A stretch of 64,000 nt of DNA from NCBI GenBank assembly GCA_045658645.1, contig JAZOVJ010000054.1:7805-71804 (forward strand), in the 5' to 3' direction. Position 1 is the stretch's first letter; the number at the start of each line of letters is the position of its first letter. Below are positions 24,697 to 33,841 of the stretch, piece by piece. The notes under the pieces are model-generated. The model worked only from the letters and a program-made list of their open reading frames with translations, had not been told where the DNA came from and ran no database searches. Source of the stretch: Clostridia bacterium. GTDB taxonomy: Bacteria > Bacillota > Clostridia > UBA1381. The position numbers and the translations under genes are program-made.

Positions 24697-25473
24697 ATGA
24701 AGATTCTTACAATTGGCGATATTTTCGGCAGAATTGGGCGTGACAGCGTTTTTTCTGTTCTTGACAGAATGAGCAGTAGTTTTGATTTTATCGTAGCAAA
24801 CGCCGAAAATGCAGCTCACGGACGTGGACTTACAAAGCCTGTTTATGAAGAGCTTAAAAGTGCCGGTATTGACGCTTTCACTATGGGTAATCACGTATGG
24901 GGATGCCCTGATATTGAAAGCGTTATGCGTTATAATGATGACGTAATACGCCCTGCCAACTTTGAGGGTGATATACCGGGGAAGGGAAGCACAGTAATTA
25001 CGGCAAAAAACGGAATACGTGTCGGTGTCATAAACCTTATTGGCAGAACGTATATGCAAGGACCTATTTCGTCACCGTTTCTTACAGCAGATGCTGAGAT
25101 AGAAAAGCTTAAGGGCAAGGCAGACGTGGTTCTGGTGGATTTTCACGCCGAAGCGACAAGCGAAAAAATGGCGCTTGGATACTACCTTGATGGCAAGGTT
25201 TCGGCGATGTTCGGCACTCATACCCATATTCAGACTGCAGATAGTAAGGTGCTTCCAAAAGGTACGGGATACATTACTGACCTTGGAATGACAGGCCCCG
25301 AGCATTCCGTATTGGGACTTGACAAAAACACGATTATTAAAAGATTTATAAACGGAATGCCGCAAAAATTTACTGTGGCAACCGGAAAGGGTCAATTCTG
25401 CGGCGCCATATTTGATATAGATGAGAATACAGGTAAAACTGTAAGCGTTGAGCGGATTTATAAAGAACTGTAA
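24697..25473 (+). CDS. ymdB: YmdB-family metallophosphoesterase (2',3'-cyclic-nucleotide 2'-phosphodiesterase)
   Basis: MKILTIGDIFG start, with NAENAAHGRG, GNHVW and DFHAEATSEK motifs. It has the conserved position downstream of rny. Confidence 0.9.
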   Translation: MKILTIGDIFGRIGRDSVFSVLDRMSSSFDFIVANAENAAHGRGLTKPVYEELKSAGIDAFTMGNHVWGCPDIESVMRYNDDVIRPANFEGDIPGKGSTVITAKNGIRVGVINLIGRTYMQGPISSPFLTADAEIEKLKGKADVVLVDFHAEATSEKMALGYYLDGKVSAMFGTHTHIQTADSKVLPKGTGYITDLGMTGPEHSVLGLDKNTIIKRFINGMPQKFTVATGKGQFCGAIFDIDENTGKTVSVERIYKEL

Positions 25474-25477
25474 ATAG

Positions 25478-25507
25478 AAATCCACCGGCTTAGCCGGTGG
25501 ATTTTTA
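25478..25507. terminator. Bidirectional terminator (ymdB / asnA)
   Basis: AAATCCACCGGC-TTA-GCCGGTGGATTT followed by T-run. It lies between convergent genes. Confidence 0.85.
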
Positions 25508-25508
25508 T

Positions 25509-26516
25509 TTACAGTAAGTATATTCCGTGTGCTTTTGCTTCTTCCAAAACGTCTTCCGGCCAAACTGATGACTGTACCTCACCAACGTGAGCTTTTCTTA
25601 AGAAGTACATACAAATTCTTGACTGACCGATTCCGCCGCCGATGGTGTAAGGAAGCTCGCCATCAAGAAGCGCCTTCTGGAACGGAAGCTTTGCGTTTTC
25701 TTCTTTTCCGCGGATTTTGAGCTGTGAAAGAAGTGTTTCTTCATCAACACGAATACCCATTGAAGATAGCTCCAGTGAGATATCCAAAACAGGATAGTAT
25801 ACGATAATGTCGCCGTTCAAACTCCAGTCGTCATAGTCAGGTGCACGTCCATCGTGTGGCTTGCCTGATTTTAACGCTCCTCCGATTTGCATTAAGAATA
25901 CTGCGCCTTTGTCCTTTGCAATAGCGTATTCACGCTCTTTGGCGGATAATTCAGGATACATATCCTCAAGTTCCTGTGATGTTATGAAGAAGATTTCTTC
26001 AGGCAGGAAGATTTCTGCAAATTCGTATTCTGAGGCGATATATCTCTCGGTGTGCTTTAGAGTGTTGTAAATGCACTTTACCGTTTCTTTCAGTGTTTCC
26101 ATTGTGCGCTCGGATTTTGAAATAACCTTTTCCCAATCCCATTGGTCAACATAAATTGAGTGAATGTTATCAACGTCCTCGTCACGTCTTATGGCGTTCA
26201 TATCGGTATACAGACCTTCGCCTGCACCAAAACCGTAATGTTTAAGAGCGAAACGCTTCCACTTTGCAAGAGAATGCACGATTTCATATTCACCGTCAAC
26301 ACTCTTTAAATCAAATGAAACAGGGCGCTCAACGCCGTTTAGTGTATCGTTAAGACCGCTGTTGCGATTTACAAACAGCGGTGCTGAAACTCGTGTTAAG
26401 TTAAGCTGGATAGAAAGGTCACGTTCAAAAAAGTCCTTTACTTTCTTGATAGCCTGTTCTGTCTGTCGTAATGATAAAAGAGATTTATATCCCTTTGGTA
26501 TAGTCAGATTTTCCAC
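25509..26516 (-). CDS. asnA: Aspartate-ammonia ligase (asparagine synthetase A)
   Basis: 335 aa, a class II aaRS-like AsnA pattern ([14 protein letters not shown]..., [18 protein letters not shown]). Confidence 0.9.
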   Translation of the reverse strand: MENLTIPKGYKSLLSLRQTEQAIKKVKDFFERDLSIQLNLTRVSAPLFVNRNSGLNDTLNGVERPVSFDLKSVDGEYEIVHSLAKWKRFALKHYGFGAGEGLYTDMNAIRRDEDVDNIHSIYVDQWDWEKVISKSERTMETLKETVKCIYNTLKHTERYIASEYEFAEIFLPEEIFFITSQELEDMYPELSAKEREYAIAKDKGAVFLMQIGGALKSGKPHDGRAPDYDDWSLNGDIIVYYPVLDISLELSSMGIRVDEETLLSQLKIRGKEENAKLPFQKALLDGELPYTIGGGIGQSRICMYFLRKAHVGEVQSSVWPEDVLEEAKAHGIYLL

Positions 26517-26555
26517 GGTAATTCCTCTTTTCTTGGTATAAAATCCATTCCGTCA

Positions 26556-26584
26556 ATTATAACCTAAATTGCAGAATATGTCAA
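26556..26584 (-). promoter_or_regulatory. Consensus sigmaA promoter of asnA
   Basis: On the minus strand, TTGACA (26584-26579), a 17-nt spacer, then TATAAT (26561-26556). Confidence 0.7.
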
Positions 26585-26589
26585 TAATT

Positions 26590-27153
26590 TTAGAAAAACA
26601 AGTGTTCAAACAGTATTTTAACGCCAATGCCGATCAGGACAACCCCGCCGGTAATTTCCGCTTTGTTACCTAAAAGATTGCCGAACCAGCTTCCTAAGTA
26701 CACACCCAAAAGGCAGATAAAGAATGTTATTATGCCGATTAGCGCCGATGCAAAAATTACTGATACAGCCATTGTGGCAAAGGTAATGCCAACCGCAAGT
26801 GCGTCAATGCTTGTGGCAATCGCAAGAATGAAAAGCGTGTAGGTATCAAGCGGATTTTTTATCTCACCGCACTCTTCCTTTTCGTGAAAGGCTTCCCAAA
26901 TCATCTTTGCACCAATAAAGCCTAAAAGACCAAAAGCGAGCCAGTGGTCAAAAGCGGTTATGTACCTTGCGAAGGCACTGCCCAAAAGATAGCCTAAAAT
27001 CGGCATCAAAAATTGAAATCCGCCAAAGAAAAGCGCAATCTTCGCCGATTGACCAAGATGCGGCTTTTTTAAGATAATTCCGTCAGTTACCGAAACGGAA
27101 AAGGCGTCCATTGCAAGACCTATGCCAATTAAAAGTATTGTGTAAATATCCAT
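26590..27153 (-). CDS. mntP: Manganese efflux pump MntP
   Basis: 187 aa, six TM segments, and duplicated DAFSVS / DALAVG motifs. Confidence 0.85.
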   Translation of the reverse strand: MDIYTILLIGIGLAMDAFSVSVTDGIILKKPHLGQSAKIALFFGGFQFLMPILGYLLGSAFARYITAFDHWLAFGLLGFIGAKMIWEAFHEKEECGEIKNPLDTYTLFILAIATSIDALAVGITFATMAVSVIFASALIGIITFFICLLGVYLGSWFGNLLGNKAEITGGVVLIGIGVKILFEHLFF

Positions 27154-27166
27154 TAATAACTCCTTA

Positions 27167-28153
27167 TTATTCGGCGGTTTTAGAACGTGTCATAAGGTCT
27201 ATAACTGCATGCTTCGGGTCTTTCCCTTCAAACAGAATCTTATATGATTCAGAGGTTATAGGCATTGAAACGTCATACTTTTTACTTAAATTATATGCAG
27301 CACCTATTGTATTAACACCCTCAACAACCATTTGAACCTCATCAAGAGTTTCCTTTAAGGAATAGCCTTTGCCCAATAGAATTCCGGCTCTGTGGTTTCT
27401 TGAATGCATACTTGTGCAGGTTACGATTAAATCACCTACACCGGAAAGTCCGGCAAAGGTTTCGGGTTTTGCACCCATTTTAACACCAAGGCGTGTTATT
27501 TCTGCAAGACCGCGTGTGATTAAAGCGGCACGTGAGTTATCGCCATAGCCAACGCCGTCACAAATTCCTGCGCAAAGTGCAATTACGTTTTTAAGCGCAC
27601 CGCCAAGCTCTGTGCCGATGATATCAGAGCCTGTGTAAACACGGAAGAAATCGGTCATAAAAATGTTCTGTATATACTTTGCAGTTTCAGGGTTTTCTGC
27701 TGCAACCACGTTTGTAGTCGGCATAAATTCACTCACTTCTTCTGCGTGTGACGGACCGCTCATTACGGCGATGGTCGCCTGCGGGATTTCTTCTTTATAA
27801 ACCTCTGAAAGACGAAGAAGAGTTCCGTCTTCAAGACCTTTTGAAAGGTTAACCAAAACCTGACCCTCTTTTACGAAAGGTGCAAGCTGTTTTGCTGTGG
27901 TACGTGTTGCGGGGCTTGGCGCAACAGTTACGATTAAGTCGGCGTCTTTTACGCATAAACCCATATCGTGAGAGCAGGTTATATTATCAGGGAACTTTTT
28001 GCCCGGAAGCACGAGCTTGTTTTCACGGTCTTGTGCCAAACGGTCGGTTTCTTCCTGTTGCCAGCTCCAGAGATAAACGTCATACCCTTTTTTTGCAAGG
28101 AGGATAGCTGCGGCGCATCCCCAGCTGCCTGAACCAATGACTGCTATTTTCAT
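27167..28153 (-). CDS. gpsA: NAD(P)H-dependent glycerol-3-phosphate dehydrogenase
   Basis: MKIAVIGSGSWG Rossmann motif and GALKNVIALCAGI. It is the conserved neighbour of plsY and der. Confidence 0.95.
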   Translation of the reverse strand: MKIAVIGSGSWGCAAAILLAKKGYDVYLWSWQQEETDRLAQDRENKLVLPGKKFPDNITCSHDMGLCVKDADLIVTVAPSPATRTTAKQLAPFVKEGQVLVNLSKGLEDGTLLRLSEVYKEEIPQATIAVMSGPSHAEEVSEFMPTTNVVAAENPETAKYIQNIFMTDFFRVYTGSDIIGTELGGALKNVIALCAGICDGVGYGDNSRAALITRGLAEITRLGVKMGAKPETFAGLSGVGDLIVTCTSMHSRNHRAGILLGKGYSLKETLDEVQMVVEGVNTIGAAYNLSKKYDVSMPITSESYKILFEGKDPKHAVIDLMTRSKTAE

Positions 28154-28885
28154 TTATTCTTCCTCCTCAATTTCTTCATCTTGTTCTGAAACTTCAGCAT
28201 CTTCTTTTTTTGAGAAGAGCTTGTTTTCTGTTCCAAGACTCAATTTCTTTATATTTGAGTGATGCTTCACTATCAAAAGCAGTGCAAGGACAAATGCCAT
28301 TACAATATACCCAAGCTTGTCGTTCAGGTTAGACATCTCTTTTGCCATAAGATATACGAAAAGAACAAAAGGATAAAGTGCTGCAGCACATATTGAGCCT
28401 AATGAAACATACCTTGATGATGCCATTATGATAAGGGCAATTACTGCTATAATCAAGCCGACCTGCCAGTCAAGTGTTAACGCAACGCCAAGACTTGTTG
28501 CAACGCCCTTTCCGCCACGGAAGCCGAAGAAAACAGGGAAGTCGTGACCCAAAACCACGAATATTCCTGCGATATACTTAAGGTTGCCAAGTATATAGCG
28601 GCTTGCAAAAGGCGTAAGAATAGCGGTTTTTGCAAAATCGTTAATGATTATGTCTGCCCAGGCTGCGATAACAATGGCTATCATACCCTTTAGAACGTCA
28701 CATATAAGGGTTGCAACAGCGATGCCTTTTCCATGGGTTCTGAGCATATTGGTAGCTCCGGCATTTCCTGAACCGGAATTACGTATGTCGGTACCATATA
28801 TACTTTTTGAAAGGATAATAGATGTGTTGATGCTGCCTATTAAATAAGATATTACGGCAACAATGACTGCAATAGCTAATACCAT
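28154..28885 (-). CDS. plsY: Acyl-phosphate:glycerol-3-phosphate acyltransferase, with an acidic C-terminal tail
   Basis: GSGNAGATN and GGKGVAT motifs. There is an extra ~40-aa tail ending in SEQDEEIEEEE. Confidence 0.9.
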   Translation of the reverse strand: MVLAIAVIVAVISYLIGSINTSIILSKSIYGTDIRNSGSGNAGATNMLRTHGKGIAVATLICDVLKGMIAIVIAAWADIIINDFAKTAILTPFASRYILGNLKYIAGIFVVLGHDFPVFFGFRGGKGVATSLGVALTLDWQVGLIIAVIALIIMASSRYVSLGSICAAALYPFVLFVYLMAKEMSNLNDKLGYIVMAFVLALLLIVKHHSNIKKLSLGTENKLFSKKEDAEVSEQDEEIEEEE

Positions 28886-28901
28886 AAATTCACCTCGAAA
28901 G

Positions 28902-30227
28902 TTACTGGTCTTTCTGTCCTTTTTCTCTTAATATAAAATGTATCGGTGTTCCTTCAAAACCAAATGCGGAACGTAGCTGGTTTTCGATGAAACGAAGATA
29001 TGAATAGTGGAACAAATCCTTTGAGTTACAGAAAAGTACAAAGGTCGGCGGGGAGACTGAGGCTTGTGTTCCGTAGTAAATCTTAAGTCTCTTACCCTTG
29101 TCTGACGGTGGCTGTTGCTTTTGCATAGCATCGTTTAATACGTCATTTAGCATACCTGTTGTAATTCTGCGCTTGTGCTGTTGATTAACAATCTTGACTT
29201 CTTCTAAAAGCTTATCAACTCTCTGACCTGTTTTGGCAGATATAAACATAATTGATGCATAGGACATAAACGCAAAGCCCTCTTTTACCTGCTCGGTAAA
29301 GTGCTTCATTGTTTTATCGTCTTTTGCGATAGAGTCCCACTTGTTAACAGCTATTATGCAGGCTTTGCCTTGCTCGTGAGCGTATCCTGCAATCTTTGTA
29401 TCCTGCTCGGTAACACCCTCGTTGGCATCTAACATAATAATGCAAACGTCACTTCTGTCAACTGCCGCCAAAGCTCGTACAACGCTGTAATGTTCAACGT
29501 TTTCGTCAATTTTTTTACGCTTTCGCATACCCGCTGTGTCGATAAGCAGGAACTTATCGCCGTTTTTCTCAAAGTGTGAGTCAATAGCGTCACGTGTAGT
29601 TCCGGCAATATCGGAAACGATAACACGGTTTTCGCCAAGGATACGGTTAATAAGGCTTGATTTTCCTGCATTTGGCTTACCGATAACCGCAACCTTGATT
29701 TCGTCTTCGTCCTCCTGGGTTTCGGCACCGTCAGGGAACTGATTGCAAATCTCTTCCAAAAGGTCGCCAACCCCAAGACCGTGAGTAGATGAAATGGCGA
29801 TAGGGTCGCCAAGACCCAGGTTATAGAATTCGTAAAATTCCATTGGCGGCTCGCCGATATTATCAACCTTGTTTACTGCAAGGACGATTTTTTTCTTTGC
29901 CTTCTGAAGCATTGATGCAACGTCTAAGTCATTGGCGGTAACGCCATCTGCCACATTGGTCATCAAAACCACAACATCTGCCATATCTATGGCAAGCTCT
30001 GCCTGACGGCGCATCTGCTTTAAGATTTCGTCCTTTGATGACGGCTCAATACCGCCTGTGTCAATCAGGGTGAATGCCTTGTCAAGCCAGGTGCAGTCAG
30101 CATAAATTCTGTCACGGGTAACGCCCGGTGTATCCTCTACGATACTTATGCGCTGCCCTGAAATTTTATTAAATAGTGTGGACTTTCCAACATTCGGGCG
30201 TCCTACGATAGCAACAACAGGTTTCAT
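28902..30227 (-). CDS. der: Ribosome-associated GTPase Der/EngA
   Basis: Two tandem G domains (GRPNVGKST and GKPNAGKSS) and a KH-like C-terminus. Confidence 0.95.
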   Translation of the reverse strand: MKPVVAIVGRPNVGKSTLFNKISGQRISIVEDTPGVTRDRIYADCTWLDKAFTLIDTGGIEPSSKDEILKQMRRQAELAIDMADVVVLMTNVADGVTANDLDVASMLQKAKKKIVLAVNKVDNIGEPPMEFYEFYNLGLGDPIAISSTHGLGVGDLLEEICNQFPDGAETQEDEDEIKVAVIGKPNAGKSSLINRILGENRVIVSDIAGTTRDAIDSHFEKNGDKFLLIDTAGMRKRKKIDENVEHYSVVRALAAVDRSDVCIIMLDANEGVTEQDTKIAGYAHEQGKACIIAVNKWDSIAKDDKTMKHFTEQVKEGFAFMSYASIMFISAKTGQRVDKLLEEVKIVNQQHKRRITTGMLNDVLNDAMQKQQPPSDKGKRLKIYYGTQASVSPPTFVLFCNSKDLFHYSYLRFIENQLRSAFGFEGTPIHFILREKGQKDQ

Positions 30228-30239
30228 TATTTTCTCCTT

Positions 30240-31562
30240 TTAAAATTCAAGTTCTGTTCCCAAAACTTTTTCGCAAAATGTGTATCCGTCATTTATAACG
30301 GGAGTAATCTGTATTTTAAGCTTTTCTGAAAGCTCAGGCAGTGTTATATCGTCAAGGAAAATATCCTCACCGTCACGAAGCATTGAGCAAGGTATTAAAA
30401 GCTCGTCAAATCCCGAAAGGTCGGGAAGTGCTTTTATGAGGTCCGAGCCGGTCAGAAGTCCGGAAACGTTAACTCCGCCGCCGAAAAATTCGTTCTTGAC
30501 AGGGAAAACTGTTATAGAAAGTCCCTGACATTCAGTAGTCAGCCTGTCTGCTAAGGACTGAATAAAACCATAAGCGATTTCGCCTGTGGCGATTGCAATA
30601 TTCCTTTTGAATTTCTTGTCCGGAATAAGCTCCAAAGCACTTTCAAATTCCTCTTCCATTGAAGATATAAGCCCCACGCCGTTTTCAATCTGCGGGAAAC
30701 CGTCATATTCCTGTGCTTTTGGGAGCGGAAGCTTTGCGTTTATATAAAATTCATCGGCAAGGTATATAAGGTTTATGCCAAACTCTTTTTTGAACTCTTT
30801 CTGGAAATCCTCTACCTGTCTTATGGTGTCAAGAGACGTCCTGGCATCAAACGGCGTAAGCTCACATAACCCCTCCCGGTATCTTGTAAGACCGACAGGA
30901 ACTACCGAACAGCTTGCAACATACGGATAAAGATGAGCCATATCGCAGATAGTACGTGAAAGCTCGTCCTTGTCATTATACCCTGGACATAGGACAATCT
31001 GGCAGTTCATATATATATTATTCGCCGCAAATTTTTTCATTATGTCATAAATTTTGGCAGCATTTGGATTTTTAAGCATTGTAACACGAAGCTCAGGGTT
31101 TGTGGTATGAACCGAAATGTTGACAGGCGAAATCCGCATCTCAATCATTTTGTCAATCTCTTCATCGGTAAGGTTGGTTAAGGTAACATAGTTACCCTGC
31201 AAAAAGGAAAGACGTGTGTCATCATCCTTAAAATAAACCGTTTCGCGCATACCTTTGGGAAGCTGGTCAATAAAGCAGAAAATGCACTTATTTTTGCAGG
31301 ACTGGGGTTTATCAATAAGCCCCTGGCGAAACTCAATCCCCAAATCCTCATAATCACTTTCTATTGTAATAATCTCAATAGTACCATCAGCTTTTTCTAC
31401 TTCAAGCTCAACTTCTGTATCCGATGCCAAAAACCTGTATTCCAATATATCAGAAAAAGAGTGGGAGTTTATTGTTAAAAGCTTATCGCCCGGCACTATT
31501 CCGGCTTCTTCTGCCAAAGAACCGGGTTCAACATATGAAATTGTTCTGTCTTCGCAGTGCAT
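30240..31562 (-). CDS. PDZ / radical-SAM-like (CX3CX2C) / DUF512 protein of unknown function
   Basis: N-terminal PDZ-like region (GSLAEEAGIVPGDKLLTIN), CKNKCIFC at ORF residues 92-99, and a C-terminal DUF512-like region. The start is set at the second ATG (31562) because the GGAGG abuts the first one. Confidence 0.75.
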   Translation of the reverse strand: MHCEDRTISYVEPGSLAEEAGIVPGDKLLTINSHSFSDILEYRFLASDTEVELEVEKADGTIEIITIESDYEDLGIEFRQGLIDKPQSCKNKCIFCFIDQLPKGMRETVYFKDDDTRLSFLQGNYVTLTNLTDEEIDKMIEMRISPVNISVHTTNPELRVTMLKNPNAAKIYDIMKKFAANNIYMNCQIVLCPGYNDKDELSRTICDMAHLYPYVASCSVVPVGLTRYREGLCELTPFDARTSLDTIRQVEDFQKEFKKEFGINLIYLADEFYINAKLPLPKAQEYDGFPQIENGVGLISSMEEEFESALELIPDKKFKRNIAIATGEIAYGFIQSLADRLTTECQGLSITVFPVKNEFFGGGVNVSGLLTGSDLIKALPDLSGFDELLIPCSMLRDGEDIFLDDITLPELSEKLKIQITPVINDGYTFCEKVLGTELEF

Positions 31563-31711
31563 AAAACCCATCCTCCTTTTAATATTGTCAGGTAAAATTT
31601 ACATACATTGTTATTATACCAAAAAACAAGCGGTTTGTCAAAGAGAACATCTTGAAAAAAGGATATTTTAGTGATATACTGAAATAATAGAGAATATATG
31701 GGAGAAAAAGT

Positions 31712-31927
31712 ATGTTTGAAAAAGGGATTTACAGGCATTTTAAGGGCAATAAATACCAACTTTTAGACGTTGCAAAGCATAGCGAAACTCTGGAAGAAAT
31801 GGTGGTATATCGCGCACTTTACGGAGACGGCGGTGTATGGGTAAGACCGGCATATATGTGGGACGAGGAAGTGGAATTTGAAGGTAAGACTGTAAAACGG
31901 TTTACATATTTAGGCAGGGAGGAATAA
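31712..31927 (+). CDS. DUF1653-family small protein
   Basis: 71 aa. YRHFKGNKYQLL...HSETLEEMVVYRALYGD...WVRP is the DUF1653 signature as I recall it. Confidence 0.7.
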   Translation: MFEKGIYRHFKGNKYQLLDVAKHSETLEEMVVYRALYGDGGVWVRPAYMWDEEVEFEGKTVKRFTYLGREE

Positions 31928-31928
31928 A

Positions 31929-32453
31929 ATGAAAGCGTGGTCACATTTTAAAACAATAACCCGCCATCGTCACGAGGTTATTAAAAACTGCAAAAAAGCA
32001 GGCATTTTGTGGCAGGGTCTTTTTCATGACCTGTCAAAATATTCGCCTAAAGAATTTATTGTGGGGGCAAGATATTATCAGGGAACAAAAAGTCCTAATG
32101 ATATGGAAAGAAGGGTGAACGGATACTCTTCTGCATGGATGCATCATAAGGGCAGAAACAAGCACCATTTTGAATACTGGACCGATTACAGCCCCGAAAC
32201 AAGAAAGTACGGACCTGTTAAAATGCCGCTTCCGTACGTAAAGGAAATGTTTTGCGACAGAGTTGCGGCGAGCAAGATTTATCAGGGCGAAAACTATAAA
32301 GACTCTCACCCGTATGAGTATTTTGATATGGGAAGAAGTAACCGACTTATTCACAAGGAAACCTCGGACATTTTGGAGAAGCTTCTTTTGATGCTTCGTG
32401 ATGAAGGCGAAGATGCGACATTTTCATACATAAGAAAGCTTAAAGAATACTAA
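31929..32453 (+). CDS. Conserved hypothetical protein (DUF5662-like; HDLSKY / HHKGRNKHH motifs)
   Basis: 174 aa. It is translationally coupled to the preceding ORF, with a 1-nt gap. The family assignment is from memory only. Confidence 0.55.
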   Translation: MKAWSHFKTITRHRHEVIKNCKKAGILWQGLFHDLSKYSPKEFIVGARYYQGTKSPNDMERRVNGYSSAWMHHKGRNKHHFEYWTDYSPETRKYGPVKMPLPYVKEMFCDRVAASKIYQGENYKDSHPYEYFDMGRSNRLIHKETSDILEKLLLMLRDEGEDATFSYIRKLKEY

Positions 32454-32464
32454 TAGGAGAAGAA

Positions 32465-33817
32465 ATGGAAAAGGGAGAAGTACAATTTAAAAAGATGACG
32501 GAGGGAAGCGTTGGGAAGCTTATTGCATCTCTTTCTGTACCAACAGTTATAGCAATGCTTGTAACTTCCGTTTACAATATGGCAGATGCATACTTTGTGT
32601 CAAAGCTGGGGACAAGCGCATCGGGTGCTGTGGGCGTTGTTTTTTCGCTTATGGCAATAATACAGGCATTTGGGTTCGCACTTGGAATGGGCTCGGGCAG
32701 TATGATTTCAAGGCTTATGGGAGAACAAAAAACGGAGGACGCATCAAAAATTGCATCAAGCGCACTGTTTTTCGGACTTTTGTTAGGCGTGGTTCTTGCG
32801 GTTGGATGCTCGTTTTGGATTTCTGATTTAATGATGTTTTTCGGGTCAACCAAAACAATTCTTCCCCACGCCATAGACTACGGCAGATATATAATTTTCG
32901 GCGCGCCTGTTATGATTGGTTCATTTATAACGAACAATATTTTAAGGTCGCAGGGGAAAGCCAAGTATGCTATGATAGGCATAGGAACAGGCGGTATTTT
33001 AAACATCGTGCTTGACCCTTTGTTTATTTTTAATATGAATATGGGTATTACGGGTGCTGCAGTAGCAACGCTTTTAAGCCAGATAATAAGTTTTTTGATA
33101 TTAGGTGTGTTTTTTGTTTTGAAAAAAACCGAAGTAAAGATTTCGCCGAAACGGATTTCTTTTAAAATTACGGACTATCTGATGATTTTTAAGACGGGAC
33201 TCCCGTCACTGTCAAGGCAGGGTCTTGCAAGCGTGTCCACAACCGTACTGAACCGTCAGGCACGTATTTTCGGCGATGCGGCGGTTGCAGCAATGAGTAT
33301 ATCAGGCAAAATCTTTATGATTATTTTCGCAGTTTTAATCGGTATAGGACAAGGCTTTCAGCCTGTCTGCGGTTTCAACTACGGCGCAAAGAAGTATAAA
33401 AGGGTACGAAAAGCGGTATTGTTCTTATTATGTTACGGAAGTGTGATTATGACGCTTCTTGCAATTCCTGTGTTCTGTTTTCCCGAATGGTTTATGTCAC
33501 ACTTTACAATAGACGACCTGAAGGTTATAGAAATCGGCAGAGTGGCGCTTCGGGCACAGTGTCTTGTACTTCCTATAGTATCAATCAGTACGGTTGCCAA
33601 TATGACCTATCAGACTGTGGGCAAATCATGGACGGCGACAGTGCTTTCTGCAACAAGGCAGGGAATATTCTTTATCCCTGCGGTCTTGATTCTTACAAAA
33701 ACTATGGGCATTACAGGTCTTCAGTGGTCACAGGCTGTTGCTGATACTTTATCCTCGGCATTCTGCCTGCCATTTTTAATAAAGTTTTTAAAAGAAATAA
33801 AAGAAAATAAAAGCTGA
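32465..33817 (+). CDS. MATE-family efflux transporter
   Basis: 450 aa with 12 predicted TM segments. The N-terminal LSVPTVIAMLVTSVYNMADAYFVSKLG pattern is typical of MATE. Confidence 0.85.
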   Translation: MEKGEVQFKKMTEGSVGKLIASLSVPTVIAMLVTSVYNMADAYFVSKLGTSASGAVGVVFSLMAIIQAFGFALGMGSGSMISRLMGEQKTEDASKIASSALFFGLLLGVVLAVGCSFWISDLMMFFGSTKTILPHAIDYGRYIIFGAPVMIGSFITNNILRSQGKAKYAMIGIGTGGILNIVLDPLFIFNMNMGITGAAVATLLSQIISFLILGVFFVLKKTEVKISPKRISFKITDYLMIFKTGLPSLSRQGLASVSTTVLNRQARIFGDAAVAAMSISGKIFMIIFAVLIGIGQGFQPVCGFNYGAKKYKRVRKAVLFLLCYGSVIMTLLAIPVFCFPEWFMSHFTIDDLKVIEIGRVALRAQCLVLPIVSISTVANMTYQTVGKSWTATVLSATRQGIFFIPAVLILTKTMGITGLQWSQAVADTLSSAFCLPFLIKFLKEIKENKS

Positions 33818-33841
33818 ACGAATTTCGTTCAGCTTTTTTTG
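33812..33841. terminator. Bidirectional terminator (MATE gene / pcrA)
   Basis: AGCTGAACG-AATTT-CGTTCAGCT followed by T7. The stop codon is embedded in the stem. Confidence 0.8.

Noticed and set aside
27154-27166. A yybP-ykoY manganese riboswitch upstream of mntP.
   Set aside because: Only 13 nt separate mntP from the gpsA stop. The gene appears co-transcribed with der-plsY-gpsA.
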